Of a stretch of DNA of 64,000 nucleotides, positions 10,901 through 25,700 are shown in pieces. The stretch comes from Auanema rhodensis (Eukaryota > Animalia > Nematoda). The notes below the pieces were generated by a model. The model was not told the origin of the DNA. It searched no databases and saw nothing but the letters and a program-made list of their open reading frames with translations. Position 1 is the first letter of the stretch; each line of letters starts with the position of its first letter. Location: positions 5,766,001 to 5,830,000 of the forward strand of contig OZ059896.1 in assembly GCA_964057225.1 (NCBI GenBank), read 5' to 3'. The position numbers were made by a program, and so were the translations under genes.

Positions 10901-13900
10901 ACATTTTGACAAAAAGTTTTCCGAAAAATTTCAAAATAATTTCGCAAAAAGTAGATGTTTTCAGATTCCTTTTTTCAAGGCAAAGACGATGGACAATGTT
11001 ATTCAACGAAAAAATTTATTCTTCAGGGTGAAAATCGAGGATATAAGTGTGAACTTATATCAGTTGATATCTCGGTGCATTTTTAAGCTAGCGCAAATCT
11101 GATAACACAGTTCGACGCAGCTTAAAAATCCGCATCGAATGCACTATACTACATTGAGAAACGCTTAATACAAAAATTAGTTATGATCGTTTGAAAAATG
11201 ATGCATTAGTGTATGTTGAGTTTCCATGTACACTCAACATTGCTTCCAAAAACATTTTGACAAAAATTTTTTCGAAACATTTCAAAATAATTTCGCAAAA
11301 AGTAGATGTTTTCAGATTCCTTTTTTCAAGGCAAAGACGATGGACAATGTTATTCAACGAAAAAATTTATTCTTCAGGGTGAAAATCGAGGATATAAGTG
11401 TGAACTTATATCAGTTGATATCTCGGTGCATTTTTAAGCTAGCGCAAATCTGATAACACAGATCGACGCAGCTTAAAAGTCCGCATCGAATGCACTATAC
11501 TACATTAAGAAAAGCTCAATACAAAAATTAGTTATGATCGTTTGAAAAATGATGCATTAGTGTATGTTGAGTTTCCATGTACACTCAACATTGCTTCCAA
11601 AAACATTTTGACAAAAAGTTTTCCGAAAAATTTCAAAATAATTTCGCAAAAAGTAGATGTTTTCAGATTCCTTTTTTCAAGGCAAAGACGATGGACAATG
11701 TTTTTCAACGAAAAAATTAATTCTTCAGGGTGAAAATCGAGGATATAAGTGTGAACTTATATCAGTTGATATCTCGGTGCATTTTTAAGCTAGCGCAAAT
11801 CTGATAACAGAGATCGACGCAGCTTAAAAATCCGCATCGAATGCACTATACTACATTAAGAAAAGCTTAATACAAAAATTAGTTATGATCGTTTGAAAAA
11901 TGATGCATTAGTGTATGTTGAGTTTCCATGTACACTCAAAATTGCTTCCAAAAACATTTTGACAAAAATTTTTTCGAAACATTTCAAAATAATTTAGCAA
12001 AAAATAGATGTTTTTAGATTCCTTTTTTCAAGGCAAAAACGATGGACAATGTTATCCAACGAAAAAATTAATTCTTCAGGGTGAAAATCGAGGATATAAG
12101 TGTGAACTTATATCAGTTGATATCTCGGTGCATTTTTAAGCTAGCGCAAATCTGATAACACAGATCGACGCAGCTTAAAAGTCCGCATCGAATGCACTAT
12201 ACTACATTAAGAAAAGCTCAATACAAAAATTAGTTATGATCGTTTGAAAAATGATGCATTAGTGTATGTTGAGTTTCCATGTACACTCAACATTGCTTCC
12301 AAAAACATTTTGACAAAAAGTTTTCCGAAAAATTTCAAAATAATTTCGCAAAAAGTAGATGTTTTCAGATTCCTTTTTTCAAGGCAAAGACGATGGACAA
12401 TGTTTTTCAACGAAAAAATTAATTCTTCAGGGTGAAAATCGAGGATATAAGTGTGAACTTATATCAGTTGATATCTCGGTGCATTTTTAAGCTAGCGCAA
12501 ATCTGATAACAGAGATCGACGCAGCTTAAAAATCCGCATCGAATGCACTATACTACATTAAGAAAAGCTTAATACAAAAATTAGTTATGATCGTTTGAAA
12601 AATGATGCATTAGTGTATGTTGAGTTTCCATGTACACTCAAAATTGCTTCCAAAAACATTTTGACAAAAATTTTTTCGAAACATTTCAAAATAATTTAGC
12701 AAAAAATAGATGTTTTTAGATTCCTTTTTTCAAGGCAAAAACGATGGACAATGTTATCCAACGAAAAAATTAATTCTTCAGGGTGAAAATCGAGGATATA
12801 AGTGTGAACTTATATCAGTTGATATCTCGGTGCATTTTTAAGCTAGCGCAAATCTGATAACACAGATCGACGCAGCTTAAAAGTCCGCATCGAATGCACT
12901 ATACTACATTAAGAAAAGCTCAATACAAAAATTAGTTATGATCGTTTGAAAAATGATGCATTAGTGTATGTTGAGTTTCCATGTACACTCAACATTGCTT
13001 CCAAAAACATTTTGACAAAAAGTTTTCCGAAAAATTTCAAAATAATTTCGCAAAAAGTAGATGTTTTCAGATTCCTTTTTTCAAGGCAAAGACGATGGAC
13101 AATGTTATTCAACGAAAAAATTTATTCTTCAGGGTGAAAATCGAGGATATAAGTGTGAACTTATATCAGTTGATATCTCGGTGCATTTTTAAGCTAGCGC
13201 AAATCTGATAACACAGTTCGACGCAGCTTAAAAATCCGCATCGAATGCACTATACTACATTGAGAAACGCTTAATACAAAAATTAGTTATGATCGTTTGA
13301 AAAATGATGCATTAGTGTATGTTGAGTTTCCATGTACACTCAACATTGCTTCCAAAAACATTTTGACAAAAATTTTTTCGAAACATTTCAAAATAATTTC
13401 GCAAAAAGTAGATGTTTTCAGATTCCTTTTTTCAAGGCAAAGACGATGGACAATGTTATTCAACGAAAAAATTTATTCTTCAGGGTGAAAATCGAGGATA
13501 TAAGTGTGAACTTATATCAGTTGATATCTCGGTGCATTTTTAAGCTAGCGCAAATCTGATAACACAGATCGACGCAGCTTAAAAGTCCGCATCGAATGCA
13601 CTATACTACATTAAGAAAAGCTCAATACAAAAATTAGTTATGATCGTTTGAAAAATGATGCATTAGTGTATGTTGAGTTTCCATGTACACTCAACATTGC
13701 TTCCAAAAACATTTTGACAAAAAGTTTTCCGAAAAATTTCAAAATAATTTCGCAAAAAGTAGATGTTTTCAGATTCCTTTTTTCAAGGCAAAGACGATGG
13801 ACAATGTTTTTCAACGAAAAAATTAATTCTTCAGGGTGAAAATCGAGGATATAAGTGTGAACTTATATCAGTTGATATCTCGGTGCATTTTTAAGCTAGC

Positions 13901-13998
13901 GCAAATCTGATAACAGAGATCGACGCAGCTTAAAAATCCGCATCGAATGCACTATACTACATTAAGAAAAGCTTAATACAAAAATTAGTTATGATCGT

Positions 13999-16700
13999 TT
14001 GAAAAATGATGCATTAGTGTATGTTGAGTTTCCATGTACACTCAACATTGCTTCCAAAAACATTTTGACAAAAATTTTTTCGAAAAATTTCAAAATAATT
14101 TCGCAAAAAGTAGATGTTTTCAGATTCCTTTTTTCAAGGCAAAGACGATGGACAATGTTTTTCAACGAAAAAATTAATTCTTCAGGGTGAAAATCGAGGA
14201 TATAAGTGTGAACTTATATCAGTTGATATCTCGGTGCATTTTTAAGCTAGCGCAAATCTGATAACACAGATCGACGCAGCTTAAAAATCCGCATCGAATG
14301 CACTATACTACATTAAGAAAAGCTTAATACAAAAATTAGTTATGATCGTTTGAAAAATGATGCATTAGTGTATGTTGAGTTTCCATGTACACTCAACATT
14401 GCTTCCAAAAACATTTTGACAAAAAGTTTTTCGAAAAATTTCAAAATAATTTCGCAAAAAGTAGATGTTTTCAGATTCCTTTTTTCAAGGCAAAGACGAT
14501 GGACAATGTTTTTCAACGAAAAAATTAATTCTTCAGGGTGAAAATCGAGGATATAAGTGTGAACTTATATCAGTTGATATCTCGGTGCATTTTTAAGCTA
14601 GCGCAAATCTGATAACAGAGATCGACGCAGCTTAAAAATCCGCATCGAATGCACTATACTACATTAAGAAAAGCTTAATACAAAAATTAGTTATGATCGT
14701 TTGAAAAATGATGCATTAGTGTATGTTGAGTTTCCATGTACACTCAACATTGCTTCCAAAAACATTTTGACAAAAATTTTTTCGAAAAATTTCAAAATAA
14801 TTTAGTAAAAAGTAGATGTTTTTAGATTCCTTTTTTTGAGGCAAAAACGATGGACAATGTTATCCAACGAAAAAATTAATTCTTCAGGGTGAAAATCGAG
14901 GATATAAGTGTGAACTTATATCAGTTGATATCTCGGTGCATTTTTAAGCTAGCGCAAATCTGATAACACAGATCGACGCAGCTTAAAAGTCCGCATCGAA
15001 TGCACTATACTACATTAAGAAACGCTCATCGCAAAAATTAGTTATGATCGTTTGAAAAATGATGCATTAGTGTATGTTGAGTTTCCATGTACACTCAAAA
15101 TTGCTTCCAAAAACATTTTGACAAAAATTTTTTCGAAAAATTTCAAAATAATTTAGCAAAAAGTAGAGGTTTTTAGATTTCTTTTTTTAAGGCAAAAACG
15201 ATGGACAATGTTATTCAACGAAAAAAATAATTCTTCAGGGTGAAAATCGAGGATATAAGTGTGAACTTATATCAGTTGATATCTCGGTGCATTTTTAAGC
15301 TAGCGCAAATCTGATAACAGAGATCGACGCAGCTTAAAAATCCGCATCGAATGCACTATACTACATTAAGAAAAGCTTAATACAAAAATTAGTTATGATC
15401 GTTTGAAAAATGATGCATTAGTGTATGTTGAGTTTCCATGTACACTCAACATTGCTTCCAAAAACATTTTGACAAAAATTTTTTCGAAAAATTTCAAAAT
15501 AATTTCGCAAAAAGTAGATGTTTTCAGATTCCTTTTTTCAAGGCAAAGACGATGGACAATGTTTTTCAACGAAAAAATTAATTCTTCAGGGTGAAAATCG
15601 AGGATATAAGTGTGAACTTATATCAGTTGATATCTCGGTGCATTTTTAAGCTAGCGCAAATCTGATAACACAGATCGACGCAGCTTAAAAATCCGCATCG
15701 AATGCACTATACTACATTAAGAAAAGCTTAATACAAAAATTAGTTATGATCGTTTGAAAAATGATGCATTAGTGTATGTTGAGTTTCCATGTACACTCAA
15801 CATTGCTTCCAAAAACATTTTGACAAAAAGTTTTTCGAAAAATTTCAAAATAATTTCGCAAAAAGTAGATGTTTTCAGATTCCTTTTTTCAAGGCAAAGA
15901 CGATGGACAATGTTTTTCAACGAAAAAATTAATTCTTCAGGGTGAAAATCGAGGATATAAGTGTGAACTTATATCAGTTGATATCTCGGTGCATTTTTAA
16001 GCTAGCGCAAATCTGATAACAGAGATCGACGCAGCTTAAAAATCCGCATCGAATGCACTATACTACATTAAGAAAAGCTTAATACAAAAATTAGTTATGA
16101 TCGTTTGAAAAATGATGCATTAGTGTATGTTGAGTTTCCATGTACACTCAACATTGCTTCCAAAAACATTTTGACAAAAATTTTTTCGAAAAATTTCAAA
16201 ATAATTTAGTAAAAAGTAGATGTTTTTAGATTCCTTTTTTTGAGGCAAAAACGATGGACAATGTTATCCAACGAAAAAATTAATTCTTCAGGGTGAAAAT
16301 CGAGGATATAAGTGTGAACTTATATCAGTTGATATCTCGGTGCATTTTTAAGCTAGCGCAAATCTGATAACACAGATCGACGCAGCTTAAAAGTCCGCAT
16401 CGAATGCACTATACTACATTAAGAAACGCTCATCGCAAAAATTAGTTATGATCGTTTGAAAAATGATGCATTAGTGTATGTTGAGTTTCCATGTACACTC
16501 AAAATTGCTTCCAAAAACATTTTGACAAAAATTTTTTCGAAAAATTTCAAAATAATTTAGCAAAAAGTAGAGGTTTTTAGATTTCTTTTTTTAAGGCAAA
16601 AACGATGGACAATGTTATTCAACGAAAAAAATAATTCTTCAGGGTGAAAATCGAGGATATAAGTGTGAACTTATATCAGTTGATATCTCGGTGCATTTTT
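13999..16700. repeat. Local 4-monomer higher-order repeat (1404 bp, about 2 copies)
   Basis: Variants recur at lag 1404: monomer types at 13999/15403 and 14350/15754, the TTAGTAAAA+TTTGAGG monomer at about 14780/16200, and the AGAGG+TTTAAGG monomer at about 15165/16570. Confidence 0.9.
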
Positions 16701-19700
16701 AAGCTAGCGCAAATCTGATAACACAGATCGACGCAGCTTAAACATCCGCATCGAATGCACTTTATTACATTGAGAAAAGCTTAATACAAAAATTAGTTAT
16801 GATCGTTTGAAAAATGATGCATTAGTGTATGTTGAGTTTCCATGTACACTCAAAATTGCTTCCAAAAACATTTTGACAAAAATTTTTTCGAAAAATTTCA
16901 AAATAATTTAGCAAAAAGTAGAGGTTTTTAGATTTCTTTTTTCAAGGCAAAAACGATGGACAATGTTATTCAACGAAAAAAATAATTCTTCAGGGTGAAA
17001 ATCGAGGATATAAGTGTGAACTTATATCAGTTGATATCTCGGTGCATTTTTAAGCTAGCGCAAATCTGATAACACAGATCGACGCAGCTTAAACATCCGC
17101 ATCGAATGCACTATATTACATTGAGAAAAGCTTAATACAAAAATTAGTTATGATCGTTTGAAAAATGATGCATTAGTGTATGTTGAGTTTCCATGTACAC
17201 TCAAAATTGCTTCCAAAAACATTTTGACAAAAATTTTTTCGAAAAATTTCAAAATAATTTAGCAAAAAGTAGATGTTTTTAGATTCCTTTTTGCAAGGCA
17301 AAAACGATGGACAATGTTATTCAACGAAAAAATTAATTCTTCAGGGTGAAAATCGAGGATATAAGTGTGAACTTATATCAGTTGATATCTCGGTGCATTT
17401 TTAAGCTAGCGCAAATCTGATAACACAGATCGACGCAGCTTAAAAATCCGCATCGAATGCACTATACTACATTGAGAAACGCTTAATACAAAAATTAGTT
17501 ATGATCGTTTGAAAAATGATGCATTAGTGTATGTTGAGTTTCCATGTACACTCAACATTGCTTCCAAAAACATTTTGACAAAATTTTTTCGAAAAATTTC
17601 AAAATAATTTAGCGAAAAGTAAATGTTTTTAGATTCCTTGTTTCAAGGGAAAGACGATGGACAATGTTATTCAACGAAAAAATTTATTCTTCAGGGTGAA
17701 AATCGAGGATATAAGTATGAACTTATATCAGTTGATATCTCGGTGCATTTTTAAGCTAGCGCAAATCTGATAACACAGATCGACGCAGCTTAAAAATCCG
17801 CATCGAATGCACTATACTCATTGAGAAACGCTTAATACAAAAATTAGTTATGATCGTTTGAAAAATGATGCATTAGTGTATGTTGAGTTTCCATGTACAC
17901 TCAACATTGCTTCCAAAAACATTTTGACAAAATTTTTTCGAAAAATTTCAAAATAATTTCGCAAAAAGTAGATGTTTTTAGATTCCTTTTTTCAAGGCAA
18001 AGACGATGGACAATGTTATTCAACGAAAAAATTAATTCTTCAGGGTGAAAATCGAGGATATAGGTGTGAACTTATATCAGTTGATATCTCGGTGCATTTT
18101 CAAGCTAGCGCAAATCTGATAACACAGATCGACGCAGCTTAAAAAACCGCATCGAATGCACTATATCACATTGAGAAACGCTTAATACAAAAATTAGTTA
18201 TGATCGTTTGAAAAATGATGCATTAGTGTATGTTGAGTTTCCATGTACACTCAAAATTGCTTCCAAAAACATTTTGACAAAAATTTTTTCGAAAAATTTC
18301 AAAATAATTTAGCAAAAAGTAGAGGTTTTTAGATTTCTTTTTTCAAGGCAAAAACGATGGACAATGTTATTCAACGAAAAAAATAATTCTTCAGGGTGAA
18401 AATCGAGGATATAAGTGTGAACTTATATCAGTTGATATCTCGGTGCATTTTTAAGCTAGCGCAAATCTGATAACACAGATCGACGCAGCTTAAAAAACCG
18501 CATCGAATGCACTATATCACATTGAGAAACGCTTAATACAAAAATTAGTTATGATCGTTTGAAAAATGATGCATTAGTGTATGTTGAGTTTCCATGTACA
18601 CTCAAAATTGCTTCCAAAAACATTTTGACAAAAATTTTTTCGAAAAATTTCAAAATAATTTAGCAAAAAGTAGAGGTTTTTAGATTTCTTTTTTCAAGGC
18701 AAAGACGATGGACAATGTTATTCAACGAAAAAATTAATTCTTCAGGGTGAAAATCGAGGATATAGGTGTGAACTTATATCAGTTGATATCTCGGTGCATT
18801 TTTAAGCTAGCGCAAATCTGATAACACAGATCGACGCAGCTTAAAAAACCGCATCGAATGCACTATATCACATTGAGAAACGCTTAATACAAAAATTAGT
18901 TATGATCGTTTGAAAAATGATGCATTAGTGTATGTTGAGTTTCCATGTACACTCAAAATTGCTTCCAAAAACATTTTGACAAAAATTTTTTCGAAAAATT
19001 TCAAAATAATTTAGCAAAAAGTAGAGGTTTTTAGATTTCTTTTTTCAAGGCAAAAACGATGGACAATGTTATTCAACGAAAAAAATAATTCTTCAGGGTG
19101 AAAATCGAGGATATAAGTGTGAACTTATATCAGTTGATATCTCGGTGCATTTTTAAGCTAGCGCAAATCTGATAACACAGATCGACGCAGCTTAAACATC
19201 CGCATCGAATGCACTATATTACATTGAGAAAAGCTTAATACAAAAATTAGTTATGATCGTTTGAAAAATGATGCATTAGTGTATGTTGAGTTTCCATGTA
19301 CACTCAAAATTGCTTCCAAAAACATTTCGACAAAAATTTTTTCGAAAAATTTCAAAATAATTTAGCAAAAAGTAGAGGTTTTTAGATTTCTTTTTTCAAG
19401 GCAAAGACGATGGACAATGTTATTCAACGAAAAAATTAATTCTTCAGGGTGAAAATCGAGGATATAGGTGTGAACTTATATCAGTTGATATCTCGGTGCA
19501 TTTTTAAGCTAGCGCAAATCTGATAACACAGATCGACGCAGCTTAAAAAACCGCATCGAATGCACTATATCACATTGAGAAACGCTTAATACAAAAATTA
19601 GTTATGATCGTTTGAAAAATGATGCATTAGTGTATGTTGAGTTTCCATGTACACTCAAAATTGCTTCCAAAAACATTTTGACAAAAATTTTTTCGAAAAA

Positions 19701-22700
19701 TTTCAAAATAATTTAGCAAAAAGTAGAGGTTTTTAGATTTCTTTTTTCAAGGCAAAAACGATGGACAATGTTATTCAACGAAAAAAATAATTCTTCAGGG
19801 TGAAAATCGAGGATATAAGTGTGAACTTATATCAGTTGATATCTCGGTGCATTTTTAAGCTAGCGCAAATCTGATAACACAGATCGACGCAGCTTAAACA
19901 TCCGCATCGAATGCACTATATTACATTGAGAAAAGCTTAATACAAAAATTAGTTATGATTGTTTGAAAAATGATGCATTAGTGTATGTTGAGTTTCCATG
20001 TACACTCAAAATTGCTTCCAAAAACATTTTGACAAAAATTTTTTCGAAAAATTTCAAAATAATTTAGCAAAAAGTAGATGTTTTTAAATTCCTTTTTGCA
20101 AGGCAAAAACGATGGACAATGTTATTCAACGAAAAAATTAATTCTTCAGGGTGAAAATCGAGGATATAAGTGTGAACTTATATCAGTTGATATCTCGGTG
20201 CATTTTTAAGCTAGCGCAAATCTGATGACACAGATCGACGCAGCTCAAAAATCCGCATCGAATGCACTATATCACATTGAGAAACGCTTAATACAAAAAT
20301 TAGTTATGATCGTTTGAAAAATGATGCATTAGTGTATGTTGAGTTTCCATGTACACTCAACATTGCTTCCAAAAACATTTTGACAAAATTTTTTCGAAAA
20401 ATTTCAAAATAATTTAGCGAAAAGTAAATGTTTTTAGATTCCTTGTTTCAAGGGAAAGACGATGGACAATGTTATTCAACGAAAAAATTTATTCTTCAGG
20501 GTGAAAATCGAGGATATAAGTATGAACTTATATCAGTTGATATCTCGGTGCATTTTTAAGCTAGCGCAAATCTGATAACACAGATCGACGCAGCTTAAAA
20601 ATCCGCATCGAATGCACTATACTACATTGAGAAACGCTTAATACAAAAATTAGTTATGATCGTTTGAAAAATGATGCATTAGTGTATGTTGAGTTTCCAT
20701 GTACACTCAACATTGCTTCCAAAAACATTTTGACAAAATTTTTTCGAAAAATTTCAAAATAATTTCGCAAAAAGTAGATGTTTTTAGATTCCTTTTTTCA
20801 AGGCAAAGACGATGGACAATGTTATTCAACGAAAAAATTAATTCTTCAGGGTGAAAATCGAGGATATAGGTGTGAACTTATATCAGTTGATATCTCGGTG
20901 CATTTTCAAGCTAGCGCAAATCTGATAACACAGATCGACGCAGCTTAAAAAACCGCATCGAATGCACTATATCACATTGAGAAACGCTTAATACAAAAAT
21001 TAGTTATGATCGTTTGAAAAATGATGCATTAGTGTATGTTGAGTTTCCATGTACACTCAAAATTGCTTCCAAAAACATTTTGACAAAAATTTTTTCGAAA
21101 AATTTCAAAATAATTTCGCAAAAAGTAGATGTTTTTAGATTCCTTTTTTCAAGGCAAAGACGATGGACAATGTTATTCAACGAAAAAATTAATTCTTCAG
21201 GGTGAAAATCGAGGATATAGGTGTGAACTTATATCAGTTGATATCTCGGTGCATTTTCAAGCTAGCGCAAATCTGATAACACAGATCGACGCAGCTTAAA
21301 AAACCGCATCGAATGCACTATATCACATTGAGAAACGCTTAATACAAAAATTAGTTATGATCGTTTGAAAAATGATGCATTAGTGTATGTTGAGTTTCCA
21401 TGTACACTCAAAATTGCTTCCAAAAACATTTTGACAAAAATTTTTTCGAAAAATTTCAAAATAATTTAGCAAAAAGTAGAGGTTTTTAGATTTCTTTTTT
21501 CAAGGCAAAAACGATGGACAATGTTATTCAACGAAAAAATTAATTCTTCAGGGTGAAAATCGAGGATATAAGTGTGAACTTATATCAGTTGATATCTCGG
21601 TGCATTTTTAAGCTAGCGCAAATCTGATAACACAGATCGACGCAGCTTAAAAATCCGCATCGAATGCACTATATTACATTGAGAAAAGCTTAATACAAAA
21701 ATTAGTTATGATCGTTTGAAAAATGATGCATTAGTGTATGTTGAGTTTCCATGTACACTCAACATTGCTTCCAAAAACATTTTGACAAAATTTTTTCGAA
21801 AAATTTCAGAATAATTTAGCAAAAAGTAGATGTTTTTAGATTCCTTTTTTCAAGGCAAAAACGATGGACAATGTTATTCAACGGAAAAATTAATTCTTCA
21901 GGGTGAAAATCGAGGATATAGGTGTGAACTTATATCAGTTGATATCTCGGTGCATTTTTAAGCTAGCGCAAATCTGATAACACAGATCGACGCAGCTTAA
22001 AAATCCGCATCGAATGCACTATACTACATTGAGAAACGCTTAATACAAAAATTAGTTATGATCGTTTGAAAAATGATGCATTAGTGTATGTTGAGTTTCC
22101 ATGTACACTCAACATTGCTTCCAAAAACATTTTGACAAAATTTTTTCGAAAAATTTCAAAATAATTTCGCAAAAAGTAGATGTTTTTAGATTCCTTTTTT
22201 CAAGGCAAAGACGATGGACAATGTTATTCAACGAAAAAATTAATTCTTCAGGGTGAAAATCGAGGATATAGGTGTGAACTTATATCAGTTGATATCTCGG
22301 TGCATTTTCAAGCTAGCGCAAATCTGATAACACAGATCGACGCAGCTTAAAAAACCGCATCGAATGCACTATATCACATTGAGAAACGCTTAATACAAAA
22401 ATTAGTTATGATCGTTTGAAAAATGATGCATTAGTGTATGTTGAGTTTCCATGTACACTCAAAATTGCTTCCAAAAACATTTTGACAAAAATTTTTTCGA
22501 AAAATTTCAAAATAATTTAGCAAAAAGTAGAGGTTTTTAGATTTCTTTTTTCAAGGCAAAAACGATGGACAATGTTATTCAACGAAAAAATTAATTCTTC
22601 AGGGTGAAAATCGAGGATATAAGTGTGAACTTATATCAGTTGATATCTCGGTGCATTTTTAAGCTAGCGCAAATCTGATAACACAGATCGACGCAGCTTA

Positions 22701-25700
22701 AAAATCCGCATCGAATGCACTATATTACATTGAGAAAAGCTTAATACAAAAATTAGTTATGATCGTTTGAAAAATGATGCATTAGTGTATGTTGAGTTTC
22801 CATGTACACTCAACATTGCTTCCAAAAACATTTTGACAAAATTTTTTCGAAAAATTTCAGAATAATTTAGCAAAAAGTAGATGTTTTTAGATTCCTTTTT
22901 TCAAGGCAAAAACGATGGACAATGTTATTCAACGGAAAAATTAATTCTTCAGGGTGAAAATCGAGGATATAGGTGTGAACTTATATCAGTTGATATCTCG
23001 GTGCATTTTTAAGCTAGCGCAAATCTGATAACACAGATCGACGCAGCTTAAAAAACCGCATCGAATGCACTATATCACATTGAGAAACGCTTAATACAAA
23101 AATTAGTTATGATCGTTTGAAAAATGATGCATTAGTGTATGTTGAGTTTCCATGTACACTCAAAATTGCTTCCAAAAACATTTTGACAAAAATTTTTTCG
23201 AAAAATTTCAAAATAATTTAGCAAAAAGTAGATGTTTTTAGATTTCTTTTTTCAAGGCAAAAACGATGGACAATGTTATTCAACGAAAAAATTAATTCTT
23301 CAGGGTGAAAATCGAGGATATAAGTGTGAACTTATATCAGTTGATATCTCGGTGCATTTTTAAGCTAGCGCAAATCTGATAACACAGATCGACGCAGCTT
23401 AAAAATCCGCATCGAATGCACTATATTACATTGAGTAAAGCTTAATACAAAAATTAGTTATGATCGTTTGAAAAATGATGCATTAGTGTATGTTGAGTTT
23501 CCATGTACACTCAAAATTGCTTCCAAAAACATTTTGACAAAAATTTTTTCGAAAAATTTCAAAATAATTTAGCAAAAAGTAGATGTTTTTAGATTCCTTT
23601 TTTCAAGGCAAAAACGATGGACAATGTTATTCAACGGAAAAATTAATTCTTCAGGGTGAAAATCGAGGATATAGGTGTGAACTTATATCAGTTGATATCT
23701 CGGTGCATTTTTAAGCTAGCGCAAATCTGATAACACAGATCGACGCAGCTTAAAAAACCGCATCGAATGCACTATATCACATTGAGAAACGCTTAATACA
23801 AAAATTAGTTATGATCGTTTGAAAAATGATGCATTAGTGTATGTTGAGTTTCCATGTACACTCAAAATTGCTTCCAAAAACATTTTGACAAAAATTTTTT
23901 CCAAAAATTTCAAAATAATTTAGCAAAAAGTAGATGTTTTTAGATTCCTTTTTTCAAGGCAAAGACGATGGACAATGTTATTCAACGAAAAAATTAATTC
24001 TTCAGGGTGAAAATCGAGGATATAGGTGTGAACTTATATCAGTTGATATCTCTGTGCATTTTCAAGCTAGCGCAAATCTGATAACACAGATCGACGCAGC
24101 TTAAAAAACCGCATCGAATGCACTATACTACATTGAGAAAAGCTAAATACAAAAATTAGTTATGATCGTTTGAAAAATGATGCATTAGTGTATGTTGAGT
24201 TTCCATGTACACTCAACATTGCTTCCAAAAACATTTTGACAAAATTTTTTCGAAAAATTTCAAAATAATTTCGCAAAAAGTAGATGTTTTTAGATTCCTT
24301 TTTTCAAGGCAAAGACGATGGACAATGTTATTCAACGAAAAAATTAATTCTTCAGGGTGAAAATCGAGGATATAGGTGTGAACTTATATCAGTTGATATC
24401 TCGGTGCATTTTCAAGCTAGCGCAAATCTGATAACACAGATCGACGCAGCTTAAAAAACCGCATCGAATGCACTATATCACATTGAGAAACGCTTAATAC
24501 AAAAATTAGTTATGATCGTTTGAAAAATGATGCATTAGTGTATGTTGAGTTTCCATGTACACTCAAAATTGCTTCCAAAAACATTTTGACAAAAATTTTT
24601 TCGAAAAATTTCAAAATAATTTAGCAAAAAGTAGAGGTTTTTAGATTTCTTTTTTCAAGGCAAAAACGATGGACAATGTTATTCAACGAAAAAATTAATT
24701 CTTCAGGGTGAAAATCGAGGATATAAGTGTGAACTTATATCAGTTGATATCTCGGTGCATTTTTAAGCTAGCGCAAATCTGATAACACAGATCGACGCAG
24801 CTTAAAAATCCGCATCGAATGCACTATATTACATTGAGAAAAGCTTAATACAAAAATTAGTTATGATCGTTTGAAAAATGATGCATTAGTGTATGTTGAG
24901 TTTCCATGTACACTCAACATTGCTTCCAAAAACATTTTGACAAAATTTTTTCGAAAAATTTCAGAATAATTTAGCAAAAAGTAGATGTTTTTAGATTCCT
25001 TTTTTCAAGGCAAAAACGATGGACAATGTTATTCAACGGAAAAATTAATTCTTCAGGGTGAAAATCGAGGATATAGGTGTGAACTTATATCAGTTGATAT
25101 CTCGGTGCATTTTTAAGCTAGCGCAAATCTGATAACACAGATCGACGCAGCTTAAAAAACCGCATCGAATGCACTATATCACATTGAGAAACGCTTAATA
25201 CAAAAATTAGTTATGATCGTTTGAAAAATGATGCATTAGTGTATGTTGAGTTTCCATGTACACTCAAAATTGCTTCCAAAAACATTTTGACAAAAATTTT
25301 TTCGAAAAATTTCAAAATAATTTAGCAAAAAGTAGATGTTTTTAGATTTCTTTTTTCAAGGCAAAAACGATGGACAATGTTATTCAACGAAAAAATTAAT
25401 TCTTCAGGGTGAAAATCGAGGATATAAGTGTGAACTTATATCAGTTGATATCTCGGTGCATTTTTAAGCTAGCGCAAATCTGATAACACAGATCGACGCA
25501 GCTTAAAAATCCGCATCGAATGCACTATATTACATTGAGTAAAGCTTAATACAAAAATTAGTTATGATCGTTTGAAAAATGATGCATTAGTGTATGTTGA
25601 GTTTCCATGTACACTCAAAATTGCTTCCAAAAACATTTTGACAAAAATTTTTTCGAAAAATTTCAAAATAATTTAGCAAAAAGTAGATGTTTTTAGATTC

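Noticed and set aside
20222-20228. Hammerhead ribozyme core CTGATGA, as in newt, cricket and schistosome satellites
   Set aside because: It occurs in one variant monomer only (the consensus is CTGATAA), and no stem II followed by GAAA is in the right position.
10489-21205. Repeated 63-aa and 75-aa ORFs
   Set aside because: They are incidental readings of the satellite. They open only where point variants remove stop codons (TAG>TCG, TAA>TTA), overlap in different frames, are broken in most monomers, and show no recognisable domain.
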